Assembly: GCA_016869735.1 (NCBI GenBank)
Contig: VGDL01000003.1
Location: forward strand, 8,998 to 72,997
Direction: 5' to 3'
Origin: Alphaproteobacteria bacterium
Lineage (GTDB): Bacteria; Pseudomonadota; Alphaproteobacteria; Acetobacterales; Acetobacteraceae
Length of the DNA stretch: 64,000 nt
Under the pieces are notes generated by a model. That model saw nothing but the letters and a program-made list of their open reading frames with translations. It searched no databases and was not told the origin of the DNA. Shown here piece after piece: positions 18,191 to 26,640 of the stretch. Numbering within the stretch: position 1 is the stretch's first letter; every line of letters starts with the position of its first letter. A program made the translations under genes and the position numbers.

Positions 18191-20062
18191 ATGCCCGAAA
18201 GCGCCCTCGCCAGACTGGAAATTGCCGCCGCCCGCCAGCCTGAAGGCGCGATGGAACTTCTGCTGGCAACGATGCGGCGCCTTGCCTCCGGCACCAGCCT
18301 TGAGGAGCTTGCCGCGCCTGAGGCGCCACAGCCGATTGAGGTTTTGGCCACGCGCCTTGCAGCGGCACTTGCGCGCTTCCTGACAGACACTCGCCTCCGC
18401 TTTGATGATAGCGCCTTGCTGCGCTTGGCCGCTATCGGGCGCGTTGCAGATCACATCCATGCCATCAGTGGCTTTGGCAGTTCGGACCATATTCTGCGCG
18501 TGCTGGGCGCGGGGGATACGGATGCGCTCAAGCGTCTTATCCAGGAAGACAGGCGTGCTTTCGCCAAGGCTTGGCTGGCATTTTCGATCGATTCGGCATT
18601 GCCGATTGATGTCCGGACCTTGTTGGAAGCGCCAGCACCCCTCGCGCTGCTGGCCAGCATGGGGCTGATTTCGCAAAAACCCATCCTGACCGAAGCAGGC
18701 CATGCGCGCCGCGAAGCGCTGGTCAGCCTGGCCGGGCGGCTCCAGCCCGTGCCGCTGCCGCTTTCACCGGATCATCTGGTGTTGCTCTCAGCGGCTTGGA
18801 TGCTCTGTTCCTATGCCGCGGCACGCGACAAGCATGGCATCAAGCCAGTGCTGAACCGCGTGCTGCGCCATTGGGGGGTGGGGATTGGCTTAAGCGATGC
18901 TGTCCTGCCCACAACGCGCGCCTTGAAGACCCGCCCGACCCTGTTGGTCGCGGCTGAGATCATGCATTCCAACCATGTTCAGTATCGTTATTTCGGGCAG
19001 TATCTGCGGCAATTGCGCCAGCGCTTCCATCTTGTGTTGCTGACCGAGGAATCGCAGGCGGATCACCATGCGCGCAGCCTTTACAATGAAGTGCATGTCT
19101 TCAAGCGCGAAGGTGGCACAGGCTATTTCAACAAATTGCTGGACCAGATCAAAGCCATCGCCCCGGATATGATTTTCTGGTTGAGTGTTGGCATGCGCCA
19201 TTGGGGGCCGCCGCTCGCCAATTTCCGCTTGGCACCCATTCAATTCGTGGGGCTCGGCCATTCGGCTTCCACCTTTTGCGACACCATGGATTATTACGTC
19301 ACCGAAGCGGGCTATGTCGGTGATCCCGCGCTGCTTTCGGAACAGGTGGTGCTGCTGCCGCATGAAAGCCTGATCTTTGAAAGATCACCGCATTACAAGC
19401 CTGTCGCGCCGGTCCTGCGGGAAAGCGCGCAGCCCTTGCGCGTGGCGCTGCCATCCAATCTGCTGAAGCTCAATCCGCATTTCATCGGCGTCTTGCGGCG
19501 TATTCGGGAAAAGGCCCGTCGGGCCTTGGAATTTCGCGTCTTCCCCAATGTCTCGGGGCTGGAATTGCTAGCCACGCGGCGTGTTTTTGATCAGCGGCTA
19601 CCCGGCAGCATCGTGCATCCGGTCATGGCCTATAACGCCTATCTTACTGAACTGAATGCCTGCGATCTGAACCTGAGCCCCTTCCCTTTTGGCGGGCTGC
19701 ACAGCGTTGTGGATTCGCTCCGTCAGGGCATTCCCGTGGTGGCTTTGGAAGGGCTTGATCTGCATGCGCGCACGGATTCCATGCTGCTGCGCCGGCTTGG
19801 CATGCCGGAATGGCTGATTGCCCAGGATGAGGAAGCCTATATCGCCGCGGCGCTGCGTGTGATTGATGATGACACGGAACGCCTGGCGCTCAGCCGCCAG
19901 GCGCTGGCGCTCGATATTGACCGCGTGCTGTTCGGCGATGCCGCAACACCCCTCAAGCGCGATGTGGTGGATACGATTTGGTGGATTTACCAGAATCATG
20001 AGGCAATCAAGGCCTCCGGCCGCAAGGTATTTCGCGCTGAAGATCGGAAGGTTTTTCCCTAA
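18191..20062 (+). CDS. GT41-like protein glycosyltransferase with non-TPR helical N-domain (HMW1C/NGT-like), putative
   Basis: 623 aa. Ordered GT41 blocks FVGLGHSASTF, LPSNLLKLNPHFIGVLRRI, DLNLSPFPFGGLHSVVDSLRQGIPVVALEG, RTDSMLLRRLGMPEWLIA. No SD before 18191; an alternative ATG at 18251 follows GAAGG. Confidence 0.6.
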   Translation: MPESALARLEIAAARQPEGAMELLLATMRRLASGTSLEELAAPEAPQPIEVLATRLAAALARFLTDTRLRFDDSALLRLAAIGRVADHIHAISGFGSSDHILRVLGAGDTDALKRLIQEDRRAFAKAWLAFSIDSALPIDVRTLLEAPAPLALLASMGLISQKPILTEAGHARREALVSLAGRLQPVPLPLSPDHLVLLSAAWMLCSYAAARDKHGIKPVLNRVLRHWGVGIGLSDAVLPTTRALKTRPTLLVAAEIMHSNHVQYRYFGQYLRQLRQRFHLVLLTEESQADHHARSLYNEVHVFKREGGTGYFNKLLDQIKAIAPDMIFWLSVGMRHWGPPLANFRLAPIQFVGLGHSASTFCDTMDYYVTEAGYVGDPALLSEQVVLLPHESLIFERSPHYKPVAPVLRESAQPLRVALPSNLLKLNPHFIGVLRRIREKARRALEFRVFPNVSGLELLATRRVFDQRLPGSIVHPVMAYNAYLTELNACDLNLSPFPFGGLHSVVDSLRQGIPVVALEGLDLHARTDSMLLRRLGMPEWLIAQDEEAYIAAALRVIDDDTERLALSRQALALDIDRVLFGDAATPLKRDVVDTIWWIYQNHEAIKASGRKVFRAEDRKVFP

Positions 20063-20113
20063 CGGCTGACCCGGGTGCTTTCAGGCGCCGTACCCCGACA
20101 TTACATGTGGGTG

Positions 20114-21550
20114 ATGTCCAAACCCGCCCTTCTTTGGTTCCGCCAGGATTTGCGCCTTGCCGATAACACAGCGCTACATGCCGTGGCCGATCGCCCGATC
20201 CTGCCTGTTTTCATTCTGGACCCGGACGCCGCCGGCGCCTGGGCCGAAGGCGGTGCTTCGCGCTGGTGGCTGCATCACAGCCTTGGCTCCCTGTCGCGTG
20301 ATCTGAAGGCCCTTGGCGCGCCGCTTCTGGTGCTGCGCGGCGCGGCTTTGGACCTTTTGCCCAAGCTGGCCGCCGAGATCGGCGCCGATGAAATCCATGC
20401 CGGGCGCCTGACCGAACCCTGGGCGCGCGCGCGCGACGCCAAGCTGGCGGAAGCCCTGCAAGGCGCAGGGCGGAAGCTGGTGCTGCATCGCTCAGCCCTG
20501 CTGCATGAACCACATCTGGTCCGGACCGGGGCCGGCAAGCCCTATGCGGTCTACACGCCCTTTTCGCGCACGCTATTCGGTTTTGGCGACCCTGCCGCAC
20601 CGATCCCGGCGCCTGAGCGCGTACGGGCAGCCTCAGGCGCGCCCCAAGGGTTGGATATCGCTGCCCTTGGCCTGCTGCCTCGCCCGCCTGAACCCGATTG
20701 GGCGAGGGGCTTCGGCGCAATCTGGCAGCCGGGGGAAGCAGGGGCCGCGCAGCGGCTGGCGGAGTTTCTGGCCCATGGCGTCAATGCCTATGCCGACCGG
20801 CGCAATGAACCGGCGGCCAAGGGCGGGACCTCTGGCCTTTCGCCGCATTTGCATTTTGGCGAAATCTCGCCTCGCCAGGTTTGGGTCGCGGCGCGGGAAG
20901 CAGCACCGCATGGCGGCGCGGGGCTGGAGACCTTCCTGAAGGAAGTGCTGTGGCGGGAGTTTTCCCATCATCTGCTTTGGCATCGCCCGGAAATGCCGGA
21001 AGCGCCCTTGCGCGCCGATTTCGCCGCCTTCCCCTGGGCGCCGGATGCGGCGCTGCTCCGCGCCTGGCAGCGCGGGCAGACCGGCTACCCGATTGTGGAT
21101 GCCGGCATGCGCCAGCTTTGGCAGACCGGCTGGATGCATAACCGCGTGCGCATGATCACGGCTTCGTTTCTCGTGAAACATTTGCTGCAGCCCTGGCAGG
21201 AAGGTGAGGCTTGGTTCTGGGATACGCTGGTGGATGCGGACCTCGCGGCCAATAGCGCTTCCTGGCAATGGGTTGCTGGCTGCGGGGCGGATGCCGCGCC
21301 CTATTTCCGCATCTTCAACCCGGTGCTGCAGGGTGAGAAATTCGACCCCGAAGGTGCCTATATCCGCGCCTGGTGCCCGGAATTGGCCAAGCTGCCGGCG
21401 CGCTACATCCATAAGCCCTTTGAGGCGCCGGAGATGATTCTGCGCGGCGCCGGGGTGGCGCTTGGCCAGACCTACCCGAAGCCGGTGATTGATCTGGCCA
21501 CGGGCCGGGCGCGTGCCTTGGCGGCCTTTGCGGGGTTGCGCGCGGGATGA
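20114..21550 (+). CDS. phr: Deoxyribodipyrimidine (CPD) photolyase
   Basis: LLWFRQDLRLADNTAL N-terminus; FAD-binding C-terminus TGYPIVDAGMRQLWQTGWMHNRVRMITASFL and SWQWVAGCGADAAPYFRIFNP. Confidence 0.92.
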   Translation: MSKPALLWFRQDLRLADNTALHAVADRPILPVFILDPDAAGAWAEGGASRWWLHHSLGSLSRDLKALGAPLLVLRGAALDLLPKLAAEIGADEIHAGRLTEPWARARDAKLAEALQGAGRKLVLHRSALLHEPHLVRTGAGKPYAVYTPFSRTLFGFGDPAAPIPAPERVRAASGAPQGLDIAALGLLPRPPEPDWARGFGAIWQPGEAGAAQRLAEFLAHGVNAYADRRNEPAAKGGTSGLSPHLHFGEISPRQVWVAAREAAPHGGAGLETFLKEVLWREFSHHLLWHRPEMPEAPLRADFAAFPWAPDAALLRAWQRGQTGYPIVDAGMRQLWQTGWMHNRVRMITASFLVKHLLQPWQEGEAWFWDTLVDADLAANSASWQWVAGCGADAAPYFRIFNPVLQGEKFDPEGAYIRAWCPELAKLPARYIHKPFEAPEMILRGAGVALGQTYPKPVIDLATGRARALAAFAGLRAG

Positions 21551-22299
21551 TCACGGCGCGAAGGCTGCGCGACGCCGGCTTTTCCGGGCTGCGCGTGGTG
21601 GGTGATGTGCATGGAGAGGCTGAGGCTTTCGCATCTGCCTTGGCGGGGGCCGAAGCACTTCGGCTGTTCATCATCCAGCTTGGCGATTTGGTGGATTACG
21701 GGCCGGATAGCCCCGGCGTCTTGCGCCAAGCCTTCGCCATGCTGGACGCCAAGCGCGGCATTTTCCTGCTGGGCAATCATGAACATAAGCTCAGGCGCGC
21801 GCTGATTGGCCATGCCAGCGCCAAGCTTTTCGTCGCCCCCGAAGGCTTGGGCAAAACACTCGAGCAATTGAACGCTGCCCCGGATGGCGATGCCTTGGCA
21901 GAGCGTGCGGTGGCCGAGATTGCCAGCGCACCGGCTTGGCTAAGAATGGGTCAGGCCATGTTCATCCATGCCGCCTATCATGATGCCATGCTGTTCCGCG
22001 CACCGCCGGAAGATGCCGGGGTGCGTCGCCCCGATGGCGCGCTTTCCCGCGCCTTATACGGAGAGGTGACCGGCCAGCGCGGACCGGATGGCTACCCAAT
22101 GCGCGCCACCCGCTGGGTTGGGCGGATACCCGATGGCATGACCGCCTATGTTGGGCATGACAATCGCTCCACCGATGGGCGCCCGCATGAGATGCGCGGC
22201 GCGCTGGGGGGGCGGGCGATGTTCCTTGATACCGGCGCGGGCAAGGGCGGTGCGCTGGCCTGGATTGATCTGCCGTTTGAGACGCTGGGGCAGCCCTAA
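21547..22299 (+). CDS. Metallophosphoesterase (PPP-family Ser/Thr phosphatase / ApaH-like)
   Basis: GDVHGE, QLGDLVDYGP and LGNHEHK metallophosphatase motifs. ATGA overlap with the phr stop. Confidence 0.85.
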   Translation: MITARRLRDAGFSGLRVVGDVHGEAEAFASALAGAEALRLFIIQLGDLVDYGPDSPGVLRQAFAMLDAKRGIFLLGNHEHKLRRALIGHASAKLFVAPEGLGKTLEQLNAAPDGDALAERAVAEIASAPAWLRMGQAMFIHAAYHDAMLFRAPPEDAGVRRPDGALSRALYGEVTGQRGPDGYPMRATRWVGRIPDGMTAYVGHDNRSTDGRPHEMRGALGGRAMFLDTGAGKGGALAWIDLPFETLGQP

Positions 22300-22300
22300 T

Positions 22301-23083
22301 TCAACCCCATAGCTTCGGATTGGCCAAATCCCGCGCAATGCGTTCGGCGGCAGCGTCCAGCAAAGCCTCCCCCTTCGCGGCCGTCGCACTCCGCGCATCA
22401 CCAATCACGCCATTGGCGCTGAGTTCCTTGAAGGAACGCCGCCGCGCGAGTGCTGCCGGTTGGCCTTCAACCCGCGTGCTATGCGGGCCATGCTGTTCGG
22501 CAAGCCGCGCGGGGCGCACCGCTTCGGGCATCAGGGTCATGACCATGGAAGCCTCAGCCTCACACGCATGCAGCACATTCGATTGGCGTTCCAGAATGGG
22601 CGCGAAGGCATCACCCGCCATATGCCAATAGGTTGCGGCGGCAATCGGAATGCCGCTTTCGGCCTGCGCATCAACGGCGGCGACCGCCACCGCTTCGGCA
22701 TTGCCGCCATGGCCATTCAGCAGCATGGCGCGCTTGAAGCCGGCGCGCGCGGCGGAACGCACAATGCCGCGCAATACGCCCGCAAAAGCCGCGTAATCCA
22801 GCGTGACCGTGCCGCCAAAAGGCACGTGATGTTCCGCCAAGCCGGTCCAGACGCAGGGGGTCACCACCACCTGTTCGCCGGCTGCCACCATGCGCTGCGC
22901 CACGCGATGCGCGACACCCGTGGCGCAGATGATGTCAACGCCGGTCGCGAGCGCGGGCCCATGTTGTTCCAAGGATGCCACAGGAATGATCACCAAAGCC
23001 CCCGCTGCCGCGCGGGCATTGAGTTCTTCGGATGTCAGTTTCATCCATTCGATTTCGGTCGTCATAAGCGTCACTCCGTTCAC
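22301..23083 (-). CDS. Creatininase family amidohydrolase
   Basis: IIPVASLEQHGPALATGVD and LNGHGGN blocks; 260 aa. The stop is 1 nt from the convergent phosphoesterase stop. Confidence 0.88.
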   Translation of the reverse strand: MNGVTLMTTEIEWMKLTSEELNARAAAGALVIIPVASLEQHGPALATGVDIICATGVAHRVAQRMVAAGEQVVVTPCVWTGLAEHHVPFGGTVTLDYAAFAGVLRGIVRSAARAGFKRAMLLNGHGGNAEAVAVAAVDAQAESGIPIAAATYWHMAGDAFAPILERQSNVLHACEAEASMVMTLMPEAVRPARLAEQHGPHSTRVEGQPAALARRRSFKELSANGVIGDARSATAAKGEALLDAAAERIARDLANPKLWG

Positions 23084-23146
23084 AATGGAAAAGGCCCGTT
23101 CCGCATTGGCGGCAAGGGGAGATGCCAGAGCTGATCATCTGGTGCG

Positions 23147-24688
23147 TCAAGCCCGCATCCCCGGCCCGTCCAGAAATTCCCGCGCCTTGGCACGCATGGC
23201 GGCGAGTTTTTCGGGCTTTAGTTTGCGCAAGCCCATCACCGGCATGGCCATGCGCGGGTTGCGTGCAAATTCCTCCGCATGGCGGGCGATGAAATCCCAA
23301 TAGAGGAAATTGAATGGGCAGGCGCGCGGCCCCACCGCATCCTTCGCATCATGCGCGCAGCCGCGACAATAATCGCCCATGCGGTTGATATAGGCCGCAG
23401 ACGCCGCATAGGGCTTGGACGCCATGACCCCGCCATCGGCATACAGCGCCATGCCCTGGGTATTGGGCAATTCCACCCAATCAAAGGCATCGGCATAGAC
23501 GGAAAGATACCAGCGATTGACCTCATGCGGATCAAGGCCCGCGATCAGCGCGAAATTGCCAGTGATCATCAGGCGCTGGATGTGGTGCGCATAGGCGTGA
23601 TCACGCGTCTGCCCCACGGCTTGCGACATGCAGCGCATGGAAGTCTCCGCGCCCCAATAAAACGCCGGCAAGGGGCGCTTGGCGGCAAGCGCATTGCCTT
23701 CTGCGTAGCCTGGCATCAGCAGCCAATAAAGCCCGCGCACATATTCGCGCCAGCCGATGATTTGGCGAATGAAGCCTTCAACCGCATTCAGTGGGGCCTT
23801 GCCATCGCGCCAGGCTTGCTCGGCGGCGAGGCAAATCGCGCGCGGATCGAGCAGACCAATATTCAGGCTGGTTGAAATCAAGGAATGAAATAGAAAGGGC
23901 TGCCCCGCCGCCATGGCGTCCTGGTAATCGCCAAAGCGGGGCAGGCGATCACGGATGAAGGCAGCCAGCGCCGCTTGGGCATTACGGGCTGTGACGGGCC
24001 ACGCGAAGTTCTCTGCCGCGCCGAAATGCGCGCCGAAACGCGCACTGACCAGGGCGATCACATCGCGCGTGATCTCATCAGGCGCAAAGCGCGGCGCGGC
24101 GGGGGGTGTCACGCCGGCGGGCAGGCTCGCGCGGTTTTCGGCATCGTAATTCCAGGCGCCGCCGGCCGGTTCATCGCCTTCCATCAGCAGGCCGGTTTCG
24201 CGGCGCATCTCCCGATAGAAGAATTCCATGCGGTATTGCTTGCGCCCCTTGGCCCAGGCGCGAAAGCGCGGCAGGTCGCAGACAAAGCGATGATCGGGGC
24301 GGATTTCTACAGGTAAGCCAAGCGCTTTCTCCCACGCCTCCATATCCTGCAAGACGCGCCATTCGCCGGGATGGGTTGCGATGATGCGCTTTGGGCGATG
24401 CCGCGCGACGGCGCGCGCCACTTCACCGGCAAAACTTTGCGTATTCGCTGGATCATCCAGGCGGATGTAATCCACGGCCACGCCGCGTGCCTCCAAGGCG
24501 CGGGCGAAATGGCGCATCGCAGATAGGATCAGGATGATTTTTTGCGGATGATGCGGGACATAAGTGCATTCCGCCATCACCTCCATCATCAAGACGCGGT
24601 CCCGCGCGGGATCGAGCCCCTCAAGCGCGGACACACCAGGCGTCAATTGGTCGCCCAACACCACGCGCAGGGTTTGGGTCTTGCTCAT
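23147..24688 (-). CDS. FeS-BCP type cryptochrome/photolyase ((6-4) photolyase PhrB / CryB-like)
   Basis: 513 aa. Cys353...Cys441-x2-Cys444-x12-Cys457 reproduces the C-x88-C-x2-C-x12-C spacing of the [4Fe-4S] ligands of Agrobacterium PhrB (numbering from memory). GWREYVRG block. Confidence 0.88.
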   Translation of the reverse strand: MSKTQTLRVVLGDQLTPGVSALEGLDPARDRVLMMEVMAECTYVPHHPQKIILILSAMRHFARALEARGVAVDYIRLDDPANTQSFAGEVARAVARHRPKRIIATHPGEWRVLQDMEAWEKALGLPVEIRPDHRFVCDLPRFRAWAKGRKQYRMEFFYREMRRETGLLMEGDEPAGGAWNYDAENRASLPAGVTPPAAPRFAPDEITRDVIALVSARFGAHFGAAENFAWPVTARNAQAALAAFIRDRLPRFGDYQDAMAAGQPFLFHSLISTSLNIGLLDPRAICLAAEQAWRDGKAPLNAVEGFIRQIIGWREYVRGLYWLLMPGYAEGNALAAKRPLPAFYWGAETSMRCMSQAVGQTRDHAYAHHIQRLMITGNFALIAGLDPHEVNRWYLSVYADAFDWVELPNTQGMALYADGGVMASKPYAASAAYINRMGDYCRGCAHDAKDAVGPRACPFNFLYWDFIARHAEEFARNPRMAMPVMGLRKLKPEKLAAMRAKAREFLDGPGMRA

Positions 24689-25290
24689 CCGATCGGCTCA
24701 TAAACAACGGCGCTGCCATCCTCACCCTTGGTGGCAAGCGCGATCCAGCGGCCTTGAGTGTCGTAGCGCGCCACGGCTTCAACCTCGCCATTCAGGCTGT
24801 ATTGCACAGCGCCATTTGGGGCGGTGCCGCGCGTGGCGGCGGTTTGCAGCAGCGTGCCATTCAAGGGGCGGATCAGGGGCCGGGCGAAATGCGCGCCATT
24901 CCACCAGGTCAGTGGCGCGGCATTGGCCGGCAGGCGCGCTTCACCCGCTGGCCCGCGCGCCAGCAGCGCATTGCCTTCAGCCACCACGCGCGCTTCGGTG
25001 ACTGTGCCATTGCGGTCATGGCGTGATGCCAGGCTTTGCAGCCGATCACCCGCCCATTCTTCCGTAATGTCATGACGCAGACGGAAAACCGTGAAGCCGG
25101 CCAGCTTCACCTGCAAGGCGGTTTCAGTTTGCACGGAAAGCTTCCCGGCATTGCCAGAAAGCCGCACCTGATGCGTGCCAATCTCTCGGCCTTCGCGCAG
25201 CACACGAAACCGCACCGGGCCAGGGGCGGCGAAGGCAGCGGCGGGCAGCAGCAGCCCAGGCAGCATGACAAAGGCACGACGCGATATCAT
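24685..25290 (-). CDS. Secreted beta-rich protein of unknown function (possibly DUF3108/DUF6134-like)
   Basis: MISRRAFVMLPGLLLPAAAFAAPGP signal peptide; 201 aa. ATGA overlaps with the genes on both sides. Confidence 0.6.
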   Translation of the reverse strand: MISRRAFVMLPGLLLPAAAFAAPGPVRFRVLREGREIGTHQVRLSGNAGKLSVQTETALQVKLAGFTVFRLRHDITEEWAGDRLQSLASRHDRNGTVTEARVVAEGNALLARGPAGEARLPANAAPLTWWNGAHFARPLIRPLNGTLLQTAATRGTAPNGAVQYSLNGEVEAVARYDTQGRWIALATKGEDGSAVVYEPIG

Positions 25291-26015
25291 CCGCGGCTCC
25301 GCACAGTGGAACGGCCGCCATCCACGGCCATGATCTGGCCGGTAATCCAGCCCGCCTGGTCCGATAGCAGAAAATCCGCGAGCGCGGCGGCATCCTCCCC
25401 CTCCCCCAACCTGGGGATCGGGTGTTGCTTGGCAATCGCATCGGCCATTTGTGCATTTGCCAGCAAGGGGGCGGCCATGGTGCTGCGGGTCAGCGATGGC
25501 GCGATGCAATTGATGCGAATGGCAGGCGCCAATTCAGCGGCGAGGGCAACGGTCAGCCCCTCTACCGCGCCCTTGGCGGCGGCAATCGCCGCGTGATTGG
25601 TAAAGCCCGCCCGGGCCGCGATGGACGAAAACAGCACCACCGAACCACGCCCCGCCGCCAGCGCATCCTGCGCGGCCTGAATGGCAAGCGCAGCGCCCAC
25701 CGCATTCAGGCGAAAGGCCGTGAGCATATCGGCCTCGGTCACGCGTTTCAGGGGCTTCAGCGCAATGGAGCCGACGCAATAGGCCAGCCCCGCCAAGGGG
25801 CTGCCAGCGGCGGCGACCGCGCCACGCAAGGCAGCGAGGTCTTCCACATCAGCGGGGATTGCCTGGCTGCCTGGGATTTCGGCGGCAAGCGCGGCCAGCC
25901 GGGCGGCATCGCGCGCCACCAAAACCGGGCGCTGCCCGCGCGCCGCGACGCGCCGCGCCAAAGCCGCCCCCACCGCCCCCGTTGCGCCCAGAATCAGAAT
26001 TGATGTGTCAGCCAT
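25287..26015 (-). CDS. SDR/NAD(P)-binding oxidoreductase
   Basis: ILILGATGAVGAALARRV Rossmann motif. ATG 26015 sits 5 nt after GGAGG; the ORF-track GTG at 26027 lies inside the SD. Confidence 0.85.
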   Translation of the reverse strand: MADTSILILGATGAVGAALARRVAARGQRPVLVARDAARLAALAAEIPGSQAIPADVEDLAALRGAVAAAGSPLAGLAYCVGSIALKPLKRVTEADMLTAFRLNAVGAALAIQAAQDALAAGRGSVVLFSSIAARAGFTNHAAIAAAKGAVEGLTVALAAELAPAIRINCIAPSLTRSTMAAPLLANAQMADAIAKQHPIPRLGEGEDAAALADFLLSDQAGWITGQIMAVDGGRSTVRSRG

Positions 26016-26109
26016 GCTGTCCTCCACTTTCCTGTCACCAAATGGTCATGGTCAGCAAAAGCGCGAGGGGCGCGACAAGCGGCGCGCGCCGTGCCAGAAT
26101 AAGGGTTCG

Positions 26110-26640
26110 ATGCGTCAACTGCTTCTCCTGCGCCACGCCAAATCCGCCTGGGATGACCCGGCGCTGGCGGATCACGCACGCCCCTTGAATGGCCGGGGCA
26201 AACGCGCGGCGGCGGCGATGGCAAACGCGATGCGCGGGCTGGGGCTTGCGCCCGATGTGGTGCTGGTATCTTCCGCCCGGCGCACGCTACAAACGCTGGA
26301 GGCGCTTTCGCCCTTGCCCGATAGCCCCATCATTGAACCGATGGATGAGCTTTATTTGGCATCCTGGCAGAATCTCCTTGGGCTGTTGCACCGCGTGCCA
26401 GAGACGGCGCGGAGTGTCCTGCTGATCGGCCATAATCCCGGCCTGCATGATCTGGCGCTCGCGCTCACGGGGGCAGACGCCATGGCGCGCAGCCGGGAGG
26501 CACGGCGGATGGCGGAAGCCTTCCCAACGGCCGCCTTGGCGGAATTCAGCATCTCCAGCCCTTGGGCCACGCTGGCTGAGGGTGGCGGGCGGCTGGTGCG
26601 CTTCGTGATCCCGGCTGATTTGCCGGAAATGGCGGCATGA
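26110..26640 (+). CDS. Histidine phosphatase family protein (SixA-like)
   Basis: LLLLRHAKSAW (RHG-type motif), VSSARRTLQT, LLIGHNPG. Confidence 0.8.
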   Translation: MRQLLLLRHAKSAWDDPALADHARPLNGRGKRAAAAMANAMRGLGLAPDVVLVSSARRTLQTLEALSPLPDSPIIEPMDELYLASWQNLLGLLHRVPETARSVLLIGHNPGLHDLALALTGADAMARSREARRMAEAFPTAALAEFSISSPWATLAEGGGRLVRFVIPADLPEMAA

